Source of the DNA: an uncultured Candidatus Saccharibacteria bacterium
GTDB taxonomy: Bacteria; Patescibacteriota; Saccharimonadia; JAGOAT01; CAYZIP01
DNA length: 64,000 bases
NCBI GenBank assembly: GCA_964478695.1
Contig: CAYZIP010000004.1
Span: forward strand, 401-64,400
Reading direction: 5' to 3'
Both the position numbers and the translations under genes were made by a program. The notes beneath the pieces are model-generated. The model ran no database searches. It saw nothing but the letters and a program-made list of their open reading frames with translations, and was not told where the DNA came from. The first letter of the stretch is position 1; every line of letters starts with the position of its first letter. Of this stretch, positions 9,859 to 20,433 are shown piece by piece.

Positions 9859-10596
9859 TCAAGTACTCCTAGCCATAATGATAGCAGCCGTCTCTGATCG
9901 CAGAATATTGCCATCCATTTTTACTGTTGTAATATGACTTTTACTAAACCATAGCCTCTCTTTATCACTAAATCCCCCTTCTGGTCCAATTACAGCAATA
10001 CTACTATCTAGAAGAGCATTTGAAAGTAGTAAGCTACTGTGGTGATCTAAAATTACTAAATTACTGTACTGATCATATAAGTCAGCGAAACTCATTTTAC
10101 ATTCTATATCAAGTAGATTACTTCTACCTGACTGCATACAAGCAGCACGACTCAGGGCTTGCCAATGTCTAATTTTACGATTAAATAGATCTATGCTTAA
10201 AGACTGGCTATAATCTGTTTTCAGTAGGATAAGTTTAAGGCATCCTAGTTCTGTTAGTTTTTCGATTACTAAATCTAGCCTATAGTGATCTATCATGGCT
10301 AAGACAATAATTTTATTAGAAGTATAGCTATTTAAAACTACTTTATCATCTATTTTTAATATAAGATCCTGGCCTTTACTAATAGACTCTATATGTACTT
10401 TTAAAAAATCATCTTCTATCCTAATGATAAATTTATCATTAGCCTTAAATCTTCGTACTCGAATTAGATAATGATAGTCTTTACTTTTAAAAGATACTAA
10501 ATATCTATTATCTTTTAAAGTATAGTCCTGCAGCCAAAAGTATGAGCTGAGGTCAGGATTAACGCTTGGAATATTGCGGTGCTTTTCTGGCTCCAC
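9859..10596 (-). CDS. rsmE: 16S rRNA (uracil1498-N3)-methyltransferase RsmE; true start probably downstream of the annotated ATG
   Basis: RsmE-like PUA/SPOUT layout and C-terminal IAVIGPEGGFSDKE motif; annotated start overlaps rpsI by 38 nt, so a later non-ATG start is likely. Confidence 0.65.
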   Translation of the reverse strand: MEPEKHRNIPSVNPDLSSYFWLQDYTLKDNRYLVSFKSKDYHYLIRVRRFKANDKFIIRIEDDFLKVHIESISKGQDLILKIDDKVVLNSYTSNKIIVLAMIDHYRLDLVIEKLTELGCLKLILLKTDYSQSLSIDLFNRKIRHWQALSRAACMQSGRSNLLDIECKMSFADLYDQYSNLVILDHHSSLLLSNALLDSSIAVIGPEGGFSDKERLWFSKSHITTVKMDGNILRSETAAIIMARST

Positions 10597-10972
10597 GCAA
10601 TCCTGGCTTCTTTCTTTCTTTGACCCTAGGGTCTCTAGTGAGAAGTCCTGCCTTTTTCAAAGTAGTCTTCCATTCAGGATTTAGTTCTATCAAACATCTA
10701 GCTATAGCCAATCTACTGGCATCAACTTGCCCTTTTACCCCACCCCCTTTGGCCTGTAGAGATATGTCAAACTCTCCTTCTTTAGATAAAATCTTAAATG
10801 GCTCATTGATTAAATCTATCAATGTTGGATTATTAAAATAGCTTTTATAATCAATTTTATTAACTGTAATATTACCTTTACCATTGGTATGAAGATGTGC
10901 TGTTACTACAGATTCTTTACGTCTTCCTACACTATAATAATAATGCAATTTTTCTACTTCTGATGTAGTCAT
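10559..10972 (-). CDS. rpsI: 30S ribosomal protein S9
   Basis: C-terminal GLLTRDPRVKERKKPGLRGARKAPQYSKR. Confidence 0.93.
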   Translation of the reverse strand: MTTSEVEKLHYYYSVGRRKESVVTAHLHTNGKGNITVNKIDYKSYFNNPTLIDLINEPFKILSKEGEFDISLQAKGGGVKGQVDASRLAIARCLIELNPEWKTTLKKAGLLTRDPRVKERKKPGLRGARKAPQYSKR

Positions 10973-10974
10973 AA

Positions 10975-11418
10975 TTATTTCTTCTCCATGATTATAGGTT
11001 CTGGTTTTTGGGCCTGTTCTATATAAGTACCATCACTATATACTCTTAGTCTAGCTAACTGTTGTGCGGCTAATTTATTCTTTGGCAACATTCTCTTTAC
11101 TGCTAATCTGATCACCTCTTTGGGGTGACTTACAAGCATTTGTTCTAATGTCTTTACCTTTAGCCCTCCTGGGTATCCACTATGACTATAGTAATTCTTT
11201 TCAGTCATTTTATCACCAGTAACAGCAACCTTACTGGCATTAATCACAATAACATAATTTCCTGATAACATATGGGGAGTATACTGAGCACTATCTTTGC
11301 CCATTAGCCTAATGGCTATCAAACTAGCTAATCTACCTAGATTTTGACCTTCGGCATCGACAATATACCACTTACCAATATTATTAGCTTTTAAATTGAA
11401 GGTTTTATTTCTTAACAT
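10975..11418 (-). CDS. rplM: 50S ribosomal protein L13
   Basis: WYIVDAEGQNLGRLAS N-terminus. Confidence 0.93.
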   Translation of the reverse strand: MLRNKTFNLKANNIGKWYIVDAEGQNLGRLASLIAIRLMGKDSAQYTPHMLSGNYVIVINASKVAVTGDKMTEKNYYSHSGYPGGLKVKTLEQMLVSHPKEVIRLAVKRMLPKNKLAAQQLARLRVYSDGTYIEQAQKPEPIIMEKK

Positions 11419-11933
11419 TATTTACTTCCTTCACTTTTTATGGTTTCCTTCTTTTTTTTATTGACAGTTGTTGGCTCTATAGTTTCAGTCTTATTCTCTA
11501 GCATGACTTGGCTTGTTTCAGGAATATTCTCTGATAAATTCTTATCATTTTTCGTGGCCATTTTAATAGGCTCATTGATAGTAATAAGTTCTATTTTAGA
11601 CATCAATGCTCCATCTCCAGACCTATATCCTAGCTTAATAGCTCTAGTATATCCAGAATTTTTAGTTTCCCACAGTGGCAATAGATCTTTAATAATTTTC
11701 TCTGTTACTATCTTTGATCCAACCCTAGAAGCCAGTAGTCTTCTTGACCCTAACTCAGGTTTTTTAGCCAATGTAATTAACTTATCTATAATAGGCTTAA
11801 TTTCTTTAGCTTTTTTGTCAGTAGTTTCTATAGATTCATATAAGAACAAAGATCTAATCAATCCACCTATTAAAGCTTTTCTTGGTCCGCTCTTTCTAGA
11901 AAATTTACGTCCTTTATATGAATGTCTATGCAT
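11418..11933 (-). CDS. rplQ: 50S ribosomal protein L17 with C-terminal extension
   Basis: MHRHSYKGRKFSRKSGPRKAL L17 N-terminus; about 45 extra C-terminal residues. Confidence 0.9.
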   Translation of the reverse strand: MHRHSYKGRKFSRKSGPRKALIGGLIRSLFLYESIETTDKKAKEIKPIIDKLITLAKKPELGSRRLLASRVGSKIVTEKIIKDLLPLWETKNSGYTRAIKLGYRSGDGALMSKIELITINEPIKMATKNDKNLSENIPETSQVMLENKTETIEPTTVNKKKKETIKSEGSK

Positions 11934-11960
11934 ATTCTACTCCCTTATTTCTCGCTTGCT

Positions 11961-12887
11961 TTATTGAATCTCTAAAGACATTTCTTTTAATTTAGTAATA
12001 ACTTCTTCATAAGCCTTTTGTCCAAAGCCTTTAAGATTTTTAAGCTCTTCTCTGGTTAAGTTAGATAGCTGTAAAACCGTGCTTAAACCATTATTGTTTA
12101 AAGCATTTGTAGTTCGGGGGGTCATACCTAAATCATCTATAGATACATTCTTTAAATTACTAATCATACTATGTTCATCTTCAATATCAATAACTGTCAG
12201 GGTCTCTACTCCGGCTAATGCCTGAAAATGTGCCACCAAGATAGCACTAGCTTGCTCGACGGCCTTAAGTGGACTAATAGTTCCATTAGTCTCTAGAGTT
12301 AATACTAAACGGTCTAAATTAGTCATTTGTCCCACACGTGTATTCTCTAAAGTAAAATTGACTTTTTTGATGGGAGAGAAAAGTGAGTCTACTGCTATCA
12401 CTCCTACTGGCTTATCTTGATTGACTCTATTTTCGACAGGGTAAAAACCTCTTCCTTGCTCCAAATATATCTCTATATCCAAAACGGCATTACTATCATC
12501 TATATGAGCTATTACTTGGTCTGGGTTGGCTATTTCAACATTTTGATTCAATACTATGTCGCTAGCCTTAACTACTGATTTACCTTTTTTCTTAAGTTTT
12601 ACCACTACTTTGTCATCTTGGTGAGATATAAAGTTAATAGATCTAATATTTAAAACTATATTAACTACATCCTCTACCACTCCCTTAATGGTAGTAAATT
12701 CATGGCTGGCTCCTTCTATCTTTACTCCACTAACAGCAGTACCAACTATTGAAGATAAAAGTATGCGTCTTAAAGCATTCCCAACTGTCATCCCGTACCC
12801 TGGATATAAAGGGGCTATCTCAAATTCGGCTAAGTTACCTTCTTGCTTTAAAAGTTTTATGTCTGGCATAGTGATATCTTGAATCAT
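11961..12887 (-). CDS. rpoA: DNA-directed RNA polymerase alpha subunit
   Basis: N-terminal dimerisation domain and C-terminal alpha-CTD; position between rpsD and rplQ. Confidence 0.9.
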   Translation of the reverse strand: MIQDITMPDIKLLKQEGNLAEFEIAPLYPGYGMTVGNALRRILLSSIVGTAVSGVKIEGASHEFTTIKGVVEDVVNIVLNIRSINFISHQDDKVVVKLKKKGKSVVKASDIVLNQNVEIANPDQVIAHIDDSNAVLDIEIYLEQGRGFYPVENRVNQDKPVGVIAVDSLFSPIKKVNFTLENTRVGQMTNLDRLVLTLETNGTISPLKAVEQASAILVAHFQALAGVETLTVIDIEDEHSMISNLKNVSIDDLGMTPRTTNALNNNGLSTVLQLSNLTREELKNLKGFGQKAYEEVITKLKEMSLEIQ

Positions 12888-12910
12888 TTTATCTCCTTAA
12901 AAATTACTTA

Positions 12911-13513
12911 TTACCTTGAATAAAATTCAATAATTAATTGTTCTTGAATATGCGTATCTAACTCTTCTCTGGTGACTGCTCCTACTACTTTTACTTTGCC
13001 ACTTTTCTTATCTACAGAAAGCCAACTACTATCAACAGCTACAGTGGTATGATCAGTAAAGTATCCATTCTTTTTGCTTTTTTCTTTAACAGATATCTCA
13101 TCTCCAACACTGACCTTAATAGAAGGAATATCTACTTTTTTGCCATTTAATAATATGTGAGCATGGCTAACTAGTTGCCTGGCTGCTCTACGAGAAGTAG
13201 CTAGTCCAGCACGGTAACAAACATTATCTAATCTGGATTCTAATAAATGCAATAGATTTGATCCAGCTACACCTTCCATCTTAATGGCCTTATATACATA
13301 GCGCCTAAATTGCTTTTCTAATATTCCATATAGTAATTTTACCTTTTGTTTTTCTCTTAGCTGAACGGCATAGTCACTTGGTTTGGATCTACGCATAGCT
13401 CCATGTTGTCCAGGGCCATATGCCCTCTTATTCATATATTTAATTGCTTTATTATGAAGAGCTACTCCGTCTCTACGAGATAATTTAGTAATAGAATTAA
13501 GATTTCTAGCCAT
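12911..13513 (-). CDS. rpsD: 30S ribosomal protein S4
   Basis: N-terminal S4 region and S4 RNA-binding domain (YRAGLATSRRAARQLVSHAHILLNGKKVDIPS). Confidence 0.93.
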   Translation of the reverse strand: MARNLNSITKLSRRDGVALHNKAIKYMNKRAYGPGQHGAMRRSKPSDYAVQLREKQKVKLLYGILEKQFRRYVYKAIKMEGVAGSNLLHLLESRLDNVCYRAGLATSRRAARQLVSHAHILLNGKKVDIPSIKVSVGDEISVKEKSKKNGYFTDHTTVAVDSSWLSVDKKSGKVKVVGAVTREELDTHIQEQLIIEFYSR

Positions 13514-13899
13514 TATACTCTCCTTGCCTTACGAGGCCTACACCCATTATGCGGAATAGGGGTGATGTCTTTAATCTCATTAACCACAATATTGGTATTA
13601 GCCACGGCTCGCACTGCAGATTCTCTTCCTGGGCCAACCCCTTTGATAAATACTTTTAATTCAGACATACCAATTTCACTGACTTGAGATAAAACTTTTT
13701 CAGCTGCGACCTGAGAAGCATATGGAGTACTTTTTCTAGAACCCTTAAAACCTGAAGCACCAGCACTATTCCAAGCCAATACATTGCCATTATCATCAGT
13801 GATAGAAATAATTGTATTATTAAATGAAGCATGGACATACATACGACCAGAGCTAACTCTAATCTTGCTTTTTTTCTTAGTAAATTTCTTGCTTGCCAT
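13513..13899 (-). CDS. rpsK: 30S ribosomal protein S11
   Basis: [25 protein letters not shown] motif. Confidence 0.93.
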   Translation of the reverse strand: MASKKFTKKKSKIRVSSGRMYVHASFNNTIISITDDNGNVLAWNSAGASGFKGSRKSTPYASQVAAEKVLSQVSEIGMSELKVFIKGVGPGRESAVRAVANTNIVVNEIKDITPIPHNGCRPRKARRV

Positions 13900-13937
13900 A
13901 ATTAATCTCTTTAAATTTTCTCTCTTATAAATCTATA

Positions 13938-14324
13938 TTAGGTTTTAGATGCTGCTCTTTTTCGTCCACTACCCATGGTAACACGCTTACCTTTTCTGGT
14001 TCTAGAGTTAGTCCTGGTATTCTGTCCTCGACTAGGCAGTCCAGCTTTATGCCTTAACCCACGATAGCTACCTATTTCCTTTAGTCTTTTTACATTTAAA
14101 GCTATTTCTCTTGCCAAATCAGCTTCAACAACAAAATGAGAGTCAATATATTCTCTTATTTTAGTTACTTCGTTTTCAGTTAATTCTTTGACACGAAGAT
14201 TAGGATCTAGTCCCAGGCTTTTGATAATTTGTCTACTTCTAGATAATCCAACACCATTAATATAAGGTAAGCTATACTCTAGTTTTTTGTTATCTGGTAT
14301 ATTAGATCCTGCTATTCTCGCCAT
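13938..14324 (-). CDS. rpsM: 30S ribosomal protein S13
   Basis: MARIAGSNIPDNKKLEYSLPYINGVG, SYRGLRHKAGLPSRGQNTRTNSRTRKG. Confidence 0.93.
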   Translation of the reverse strand: MARIAGSNIPDNKKLEYSLPYINGVGLSRSRQIIKSLGLDPNLRVKELTENEVTKIREYIDSHFVVEADLAREIALNVKRLKEIGSYRGLRHKAGLPSRGQNTRTNSRTRKGKRVTMGSGRKRAASKT

Positions 14325-14344
14325 ACTTTATTAGCCTTACTCCT

Positions 14345-14458
14345 TTATCCTTGTCTTTGCTTATGTTTAGGGTTAACACATATTACTCGCACCACACCTT
14401 CTCTGCGAATAACTTTACACTTAGAACATATTTTCTTAACGCCAGCTCTTACTTTCAT
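14345..14458 (-). CDS. rpmJ: 50S ribosomal protein L36 (37 aa, below the ORF-track cutoff)
   Basis: Manual translation [37 protein letters not shown]; canonical L36 zinc ribbon between infA and rpsM. Confidence 0.85.
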   Translation of the reverse strand: MKVRAGVKKICSKCKVIRREGVVRVICVNPKHKQRQG

Positions 14459-14469
14459 AATATAAAAAA

Positions 14470-14691
14470 TTATTTTTGTCTAAAGACAATCCTTCCTTTA
14501 TTAAGATCATATGGTGTTAATTCTACCTTAACGGTATCCCCAGGCAATATTTTAATATAGTTCATTCTCATACGACCAGAGATATGCGCTATAATAATAT
14601 GCCCCTCGCTAAGTTCTACCTTAAAAGCGGCATTAGGCAATGCTTCTAATACTTTGCCTTCTAGCTCTAATATATCTGCCTTCTTTGACAT
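14470..14691 (-). CDS. infA: Translation initiation factor IF-1
   Basis: S1-like OB fold, 73 aa, [31 protein letters not shown]. Confidence 0.92.
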   Translation of the reverse strand: MSKKADILELEGKVLEALPNAAFKVELSEGHIIIAHISGRMRMNYIKILPGDTVKVELTPYDLNKGRIVFRQK

Positions 14692-14743
14692 TACGTATCT
14701 ATTATTATACTAATATAGTCATTCATATGTAAATACTTTTTAC

Positions 14744-16066
14744 CTAAAACTTACTATAAGAAACATTAGTATTGCGACTCTCTAATTGTTTTAGCGTTTC
14801 TATAACCACAGAAACCACAATCAATAACCCTGTTCCACCTATAGTAAGTTGAGAGCTGGCACTTAATTTAAAGATATGACTTAGTATAAATGGAGCCACG
14901 GCCACGATAGCCAGCCCCAAGGATCCTATTAAAGACACTCTTAATACTGTCTTTTGTATATAATTAATAGTTTCAGTACCAGGTCTAATACCAGGGATAA
15001 AACCCCCTTGTTTTTGAAGGTTCTCATTCATTTCAACAGGCTTGAAAATAATAGAAGTATAAAAATATGTACATACAATCACTAAAGTAAAGTAGGTAAT
15101 TATATAATACCAACTAGTTTGTGAAGAAAAATTAGCAGTTAGCCAAGCCGCAATATCAGCCACTGTTTTAGATTTAGCATTAGCAAAAGCATTACCTAAC
15201 AAAGTTGGAACTGATAAAAATGCTAAAGAGAAAATGATAGGCACTACTCCAGCACTAATTACCCTAATAGGTAATACACTTTCTATGGTTTGATTAGATA
15301 TCATCTGTTTTTTCGTATATGTAACTGGTATTTTCTTTTCACCTTGGTTCAAGTAAACAACAAAGAGCAAAGCCGCTATACTAAGGGCTATAATTAAAAT
15401 ATAAGAAAATATTTTAGAACTATCAGACAGTACCAAACTATAATTACTTAATGCCATTCTTGGTAGACCAGCCACTATTCCAGCCATAATAATAATAGAA
15501 GTTCCATTGCCTATGCCTTTTTCTGTGATTAATTCACCTAGCCAAATTAGAAACATGGTGCCAGCTAGCATGGATGCTACCATAACCGCCCATTGATATA
15601 GGCTTGGAGACCCGATCAAATCAACTCCCCCACTACCTCCTGTAGATTGTTTGATTAGTAGTATTGTAGCTACGGCTTGCAGCATACCTAGAGGGACTGT
15701 CAAAAGCCTAGTATAATTATTAATCATTCTTCTGCCATGCTCTCCTTCTTTAGAAAGAGACTCCAGTTTTGGGACAACTTGAGTTAATAACTGAATAATA
15801 ATTGAGGCATTAATATAAGGTCCTAACCCTAGCATAATTACAGAAAAATTACTAAGAGCGCCACCAGAAAATAGATTGGCAAATCCTAGCAAGTCATTGC
15901 TGGCGAATAAACCCTTTAGAAAATTTTGAAGCTGGGTAACATTTGGAACCGGTACAGTGATATTGGTTAATAGGGCATAAATAGCCAAGATAAATAGAAC
16001 TAAAGAAATACGTCTCTTTAAGTCTGGATTTAATAATAGATCTCTAAAGTCTTTGATAGAATTCAT
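14744..16066 (-). CDS. secY: Preprotein translocase SecY
   Basis: 10-TM SecY topology; position at the end of the spc operon. Confidence 0.92.
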   Translation of the reverse strand: MNSIKDFRDLLLNPDLKRRISLVLFILAIYALLTNITVPVPNVTQLQNFLKGLFASNDLLGFANLFSGGALSNFSVIMLGLGPYINASIIIQLLTQVVPKLESLSKEGEHGRRMINNYTRLLTVPLGMLQAVATILLIKQSTGGSGGVDLIGSPSLYQWAVMVASMLAGTMFLIWLGELITEKGIGNGTSIIIMAGIVAGLPRMALSNYSLVLSDSSKIFSYILIIALSIAALLFVVYLNQGEKKIPVTYTKKQMISNQTIESVLPIRVISAGVVPIIFSLAFLSVPTLLGNAFANAKSKTVADIAAWLTANFSSQTSWYYIITYFTLVIVCTYFYTSIIFKPVEMNENLQKQGGFIPGIRPGTETINYIQKTVLRVSLIGSLGLAIVAVAPFILSHIFKLSASSQLTIGGTGLLIVVSVVIETLKQLESRNTNVSYSKF

Positions 16067-16130
16067 GCTTTACTTTTATTAAAAGTATCCCTCTTTATAT
16101 TTAATATATTTAGCAGTTATATAAAAACTA

Positions 16131-16547
16131 TTATATAGTTTTGCCACCTACTTTTTCTAGAGCCTTTAAAGCCTTAGTACTAATAGCATCCACTTCAACC
16201 ATAAAAGCTTTATTAAACTCTTGGTCAAATAAAATTTTGATAGGTTTAGTAATATCTTTAATAAAACCACTACTTAATAATACTTCTCTTGTAATATTGT
16301 CTGTATCAGAGAGAGTATTAATTTGGCTCACTTTTACAATTTGAGCTTTAGCCCTTACTGGCTTATTGCCATTATATTTTGGCAGTCTTCTAGAAAGCTT
16401 GGTTTGACCTCCTTCAAACCCCATGGCAATAGAACCACCCTTACGGGCCTTCTGCCCCTTAGTCCCACGGCCGGCAGTTTTGCCTTTACCACTACCTATA
16501 CCACGGCCTACTCTTTTAGCTTTTGATACTAATTTTTTATGTATCAT
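16131..16547 (-). CDS. rplO: 50S ribosomal protein L15
   Basis: Gly/Arg-rich N-terminus KRVGRGIGSGKGKTAGRGTKGQKAR. Confidence 0.92.
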   Translation of the reverse strand: MIHKKLVSKAKRVGRGIGSGKGKTAGRGTKGQKARKGGSIAMGFEGGQTKLSRRLPKYNGNKPVRAKAQIVKVSQINTLSDTDNITREVLLSSGFIKDITKPIKILFDQEFNKAFMVEVDAISTKALKALEKVGGKTI

Positions 16548-16550
16548 ATC

Positions 16551-17093
16551 TTAAGCCTCCTCTTTCTGATCAAAATCATAAGGGTCAGGATCAGGTAGTT
16601 TAAAATGACGCAAAGCATCTAGGGTAGCCAAAGCATTATTCAGAGTATTATTAGATCCTAATGCTTTAGTTAAAACATCTTTAATTCCACAAACTTCTAA
16701 GACTGATCTTACTGCTCCACCAGCGATAACCCCGGTTCCTTGGGATGCTGGTTTGAGCATAACTCTAGCACTGCCAAGTTTGCCATAAATTTCGTGTTTG
16801 ATTGTATGATTATCAAATATATCAACCACCATGGTATTACGCCAAGCTCTCTGAGAAGCCATAGATATAGCCGTAGCCACATCTTTTCCTTTAGAAATAC
16901 CTAGCCCCACTTGACCATTCTTATCTCCGACTACAACAGTGGCTCTGAATCTAAATCTTCTTCCTCCCTTTACTACTCTAACCACCCTATCTAAGCTTAG
17001 TAATTTTTCTACTTTTTCTTCTGATTTAATGATTGCCGGTGCAGTGTCTAGCGTTGTTGTGGGTTTAGATGATTTCTCTATTTTATCTGCCAT
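16551..17093 (-). CDS. rpsE: 30S ribosomal protein S5 with an N-terminal extension of about 25 aa
   Basis: dsRBD-like domain RVVRVVKGGRRFRFRATVVVGD plus S5 C-domain; only 3 nt separate it from rplO, so there is no rpmD. Confidence 0.92.
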   Translation of the reverse strand: MADKIEKSSKPTTTLDTAPAIIKSEEKVEKLLSLDRVVRVVKGGRRFRFRATVVVGDKNGQVGLGISKGKDVATAISMASQRAWRNTMVVDIFDNHTIKHEIYGKLGSARVMLKPASQGTGVIAGGAVRSVLEVCGIKDVLTKALGSNNTLNNALATLDALRHFKLPDPDPYDFDQKEEA

Positions 17094-17108
17094 TTCATTA
17101 CTCCTTAT

Positions 17109-17456
17109 TTAGAACTTAATCCCATTTTCTCTTAACTTTTGAGCAAAAGCCTTAACACGTCCATGATATAATTTGCTACCTCTATCAAATACTATGGTAT
17201 CAATTTTGGCTTTCTTTAGTCCAGCCGCTACATCACCACCGAAGTTTTCGGCCAAAGCTATCATAGTACTACTTTTATCTTTTTTAATAGAAGCAGCATA
17301 TACAGTATGTTTATTCTTATCATCTATAGCCTGGGCATACAAAGCTCTCGCACTTACCCTAAAAGATAGCCTGGGACGATCATTAGATCCATTAACCACA
17401 GACCTTACTCTTTTTCTTCTTAAAAATCTTTGTTGATTAATACTAATACTACTCAT
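17109..17456 (-). CDS. rplR: 50S ribosomal protein L18
   Basis: L18 fold; YHGRVKAFAQKLRENGIKF C-terminus. Confidence 0.9.
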   Translation of the reverse strand: MSSISINQQRFLRRKRVRSVVNGSNDRPRLSFRVSARALYAQAIDDKNKHTVYAASIKKDKSSTMIALAENFGGDVAAGLKKAKIDTIVFDRGSKLYHGRVKAFAQKLRENGIKF

Positions 17457-17465
17457 AATTATCTC

Positions 17466-18005
17466 CTATCCTTTAGCCGAAGTCTTACCGGCTTTTCTTC
17501 TAATAACTTCATCACTATATTTAATGCCTTTGCCTTTGTATGGTTCTGGCTTTTTAAGGCTACGAATATCAGAGGCAACTTGTCCTACTAATTGCTTGTC
17601 AATGCCGATAACAGTAATTTGATTGTTAGTCACGTTAAAAGTAATTCCTTCAGGACATTTAAAATTGATTTTATGAGAAAATCCTAAGCTAAATACTAGA
17701 TCCTCTCCATTTTTCTCCACCCTATAACCAACACCATTGATTTCTAATATCTTTTCAAATCCTTCAGAAACACCAATAACCATATTATCTATTAGTGTTC
17801 GTAAAAGCCCATATTTTTTTCTAGTATCTTGATTATCTGTTAACTGTGTAACCTCTATTTTGCCATCTTGAGTTTTAATTTCAAATCCAGCAAATAAAGG
17901 CTGCTTAAGTTCTCCCTTAGAGCCATTAACAATAATAACATTATTATCAACACTTATCTGAACTGTTTCTGGTAATAAAATTGGTTGTCTGCCTATTCTA
18001 CTCAT
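17466..18005 (-). CDS. rplF: 50S ribosomal protein L6
   Basis: MSRIGRQPILLPETVQISV; two L6 repeats. Confidence 0.92.
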   Translation of the reverse strand: MSRIGRQPILLPETVQISVDNNVIIVNGSKGELKQPLFAGFEIKTQDGKIEVTQLTDNQDTRKKYGLLRTLIDNMVIGVSEGFEKILEINGVGYRVEKNGEDLVFSLGFSHKINFKCPEGITFNVTNNQITVIGIDKQLVGQVASDIRSLKKPEPYKGKGIKYSDEVIRRKAGKTSAKG

Positions 18006-18008
18006 AAT

Positions 18009-18395
18009 CTACCACACCTTGCATATTAATTCACCACCGATACCTAGCTTATGAGCTTCATAACCAGTCATTACACCCCTAGAGGTGCTCACTATAGCGA
18101 TGCCATAGCCAGATAAAACAACTGGCAATTTGTCTTTAGGCACATAAACTCTTCGCCCTGGCTTACTCATTCTCACCAAAGAATTAAGCTCTTTCGTTCC
18201 TGGCAATATAATCTTAATATTCTTAAATTTAGCGCTATTATCTAAAGATACAGCTCCGATAAAACCATTCTTTAATATGATCTTAGCAATTGTATATTTT
18301 AGATTAGAATATGGGACTAATAACTCTGTTTTTTTGGCTAACTTAGCATTTCTAATCCTAGTTAACAAATCAGCTACTGGGTCTGTTGTATACAT
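18009..18395 (-). CDS. rpsH: 30S ribosomal protein S8
   Basis: DPVADLLTRIRNA N-terminus. Confidence 0.93.
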   Translation of the reverse strand: MYTTDPVADLLTRIRNAKLAKKTELLVPYSNLKYTIAKIILKNGFIGAVSLDNSAKFKNIKIILPGTKELNSLVRMSKPGRRVYVPKDKLPVVLSGYGIAIVSTSRGVMTGYEAHKLGIGGELICKVW

Positions 18396-18416
18396 ATTAT
18401 CTCTTATTCCTTTCTC

Positions 18417-18686
18417 TTACCAACTAGATTTCTTTATTCCAGGGATATAGCCTTTGGCTGCCAATTCTCTGAAGGTAATTCTAGATAGACCAAAAGCTCT
18501 AATATATCCCCTAGGGCGCCCGGTAATAGAGCATCTATTCTGAATACGGATGGGATTCGAGTTCTTAGGAAGTTTGGCCAAACCCTCAAAGTCCCCTAGT
18601 TTTTTTAGCTCTTTTCTCTTATCAGCATACTTCGAAGCCAATTCTACTCTCTGTAAATTTTTAACTACTTTTGATTTTTTAGCCAT
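18417..18686 (-). CDS. rpsN: 30S ribosomal protein S14 (long, non-zinc-ribbon form)
   Basis: 89 aa, [26 protein letters not shown]. Confidence 0.9.
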   Translation of the reverse strand: MAKKSKVVKNLQRVELASKYADKRKELKKLGDFEGLAKLPKNSNPIRIQNRCSITGRPRGYIRAFGLSRITFRELAAKGYIPGIKKSSW

Positions 18687-18687
18687 A

Positions 18688-19248
18688 TTATTTGCTCCTT
18701 TCTAGAGGCATACCCAAACTATTTAATAAAGCTATGCTATCTTCTTTTTTCTTGGCCTTGATAATGATATTGCACTGTAAACTATGACTAAACATAGTAT
18801 CATCCATAGGGATTTCTGGAAAAACATTGTGATCAACTAAGCCAATGCTATAATTGCCCTGTCCATCAAATGCCTTAATACTTAATCCATGAAAATCTCT
18901 TATTCTAGGTAAGGCGGCATAGATTAGTTTGTCTAAGAAATAATACATTTTACTGCCTCGTAATGTCACTTTTGCTCCGATTTTCATACCATCTCTTAAT
19001 TTAAATCCAGCTATGCTTTTACGAGCCGTAGTTAGTATGGGCTTAGACATTGATATTGTTTCTAGATTTCCTAATACTTTTTCCATATAAGCCTTGTCTT
19101 CTTTGAACTTACCAAATCCTACATTTAACACCACTTTTTCTATTGATGGCACTTCATTTATATTGCTATAGCCTAAGTCTTTTTGAAGAGCAGCTTTAAT
19201 CTGCTGATATTTACTTAATGTAGTAGAAACTAGTTTTTTGTTAATCAT
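18688..19248 (-). CDS. rplE: 50S ribosomal protein L5
   Basis: L5 motifs; position between rpsN and rplX. Confidence 0.92.
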   Translation of the reverse strand: MINKKLVSTTLSKYQQIKAALQKDLGYSNINEVPSIEKVVLNVGFGKFKEDKAYMEKVLGNLETISMSKPILTTARKSIAGFKLRDGMKIGAKVTLRGSKMYYFLDKLIYAALPRIRDFHGLSIKAFDGQGNYSIGLVDHNVFPEIPMDDTMFSHSLQCNIIIKAKKKEDSIALLNSLGMPLERSK

Positions 19249-19622
19249 TTCTTTGCTCCTTTTTCATCTTCAATACTAGTTTTTTCTACTTTGGTTTTTT
19301 TAACCGCCTTACTATTATGTCCCAAACTTTTAATCACATTAAAGACTCTTTCTTTTTTACCATTCTTGATTAGATAGGAAATACGAGCTGGCTTACTACT
19401 GGATGGATCTAGAGGAATCACTTTAGAAATATCCACCATGCGAGGAAATTCTAGTATTGTTCCCTTAGGGAACTTGCTATTAGCCTTTTGGTGCTTTTTA
19501 ACCATAAACATATTTGCTAATGCTATCTGTTTTTTACTATGATCAATACGAATAATTTTAGCTACCTGGCCTTTATCTTTGCCAGATATAATCATCACTT
19601 GATCGCCTTTAATAAGCTTCAT
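19245..19622 (-). CDS. rplX: 50S ribosomal protein L24 with C-terminal extension
   Basis: KOW motif MKLIKGDQVMIISGKDKGQ. Confidence 0.9.
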   Translation of the reverse strand: MKLIKGDQVMIISGKDKGQVAKIIRIDHSKKQIALANMFMVKKHQKANSKFPKGTILEFPRMVDISKVIPLDPSSSKPARISYLIKNGKKERVFNVIKSLGHNSKAVKKTKVEKTSIEDEKGAKK

Positions 19623-19991
19623 CTATATTACCTCCGGTGCTAGTGATATGATTTTCATATATCCTAGATCACGCAGCTCTCTTGTAACTGGTCCGAATAT
19701 TCTGGTTCCTCTAGGGACACCGGCCTTATCTATAATAACTGCTGCATTTTCATCAAAACGAACTAAAGAACCATCATTACGAGATAATTCTTTACGAGTA
19801 CGAACTACCACTGCTCTGACAACTTCTTTTTTCTTCACTACGCCATTAGGTGCTGCTGCCTTAACTGTAGCTACTATAATATCACCTATTCTAGCATAAC
19901 GACGTCTGGAGCTACCCAAAACCTTGATACAAACAATACGCTTTGCTCCCGTATTATCAGCCACACTAAGGGCGGTTAAATGTTGTATCAT
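19623..19991 (-). CDS. rplN: 50S ribosomal protein L14
   Basis: [17 protein letters not shown]. Confidence 0.94.
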   Translation of the reverse strand: MIQHLTALSVADNTGAKRIVCIKVLGSSRRRYARIGDIIVATVKAAAPNGVVKKKEVVRAVVVRTRKELSRNDGSLVRFDENAAVIIDKAGVPRGTRIFGPVTRELRDLGYMKIISLAPEVI

Positions 19992-20230
19992 TTTACCTCC
20001 TTAATAGCACTTAGTATAAAATATTTTCTCTTCGAGAGGGGACGAGATTCTGTTATTTCTACAAATTGTCCTTGTCTTAGATCAGAAAAATTATTAGTAT
20101 CAACTAAATACTTTTTACTTACTTTATATCTCTTCTTATATATAGGGTGAGTCTTGACTCTAGTTACCTTGACAGTAATAGTCTTGTCTTTAACTTCAGA
20201 TATGATTTCACCTGATAATACTCTAGCCAT
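19988..20230 (-). CDS. rpsQ: 30S ribosomal protein S17
   Basis: [27 protein letters not shown]. Confidence 0.92.
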   Translation of the reverse strand: MARVLSGEIISEVKDKTITVKVTRVKTHPIYKKRYKVSKKYLVDTNNFSDLRQGQFVEITESRPLSKRKYFILSAIKEVK

Positions 20231-20432
20231 TTTGTTCTCCTATCTTTTCCCTCTTACTAATCTCTGTTAATACTGCTGCTATCTCTTTTCTTAACTTTGG
20301 GATCAAGGCCGTATTGTTACTTTTTTTAGTTAAAACCTCTACTCTATGTTCTGCCAAAGCATTTCTTTTTTCAGACAGCATCTTATGTAGCTGTTCTGTA
20401 GCCGTATTCTTAAAATCTATTTTATCTTTCAT
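20223..20432 (-). CDS. rpmC: 50S ribosomal protein L29
   Basis: 69-aa helical protein between rplP and rpsQ. Confidence 0.85.
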   Translation of the reverse strand: MKDKIDFKNTATEQLHKMLSEKRNALAEHRVEVLTKKSNNTALIPKLRKEIAAVLTEISKREKIGEQNG

Positions 20433-20433
20433 T

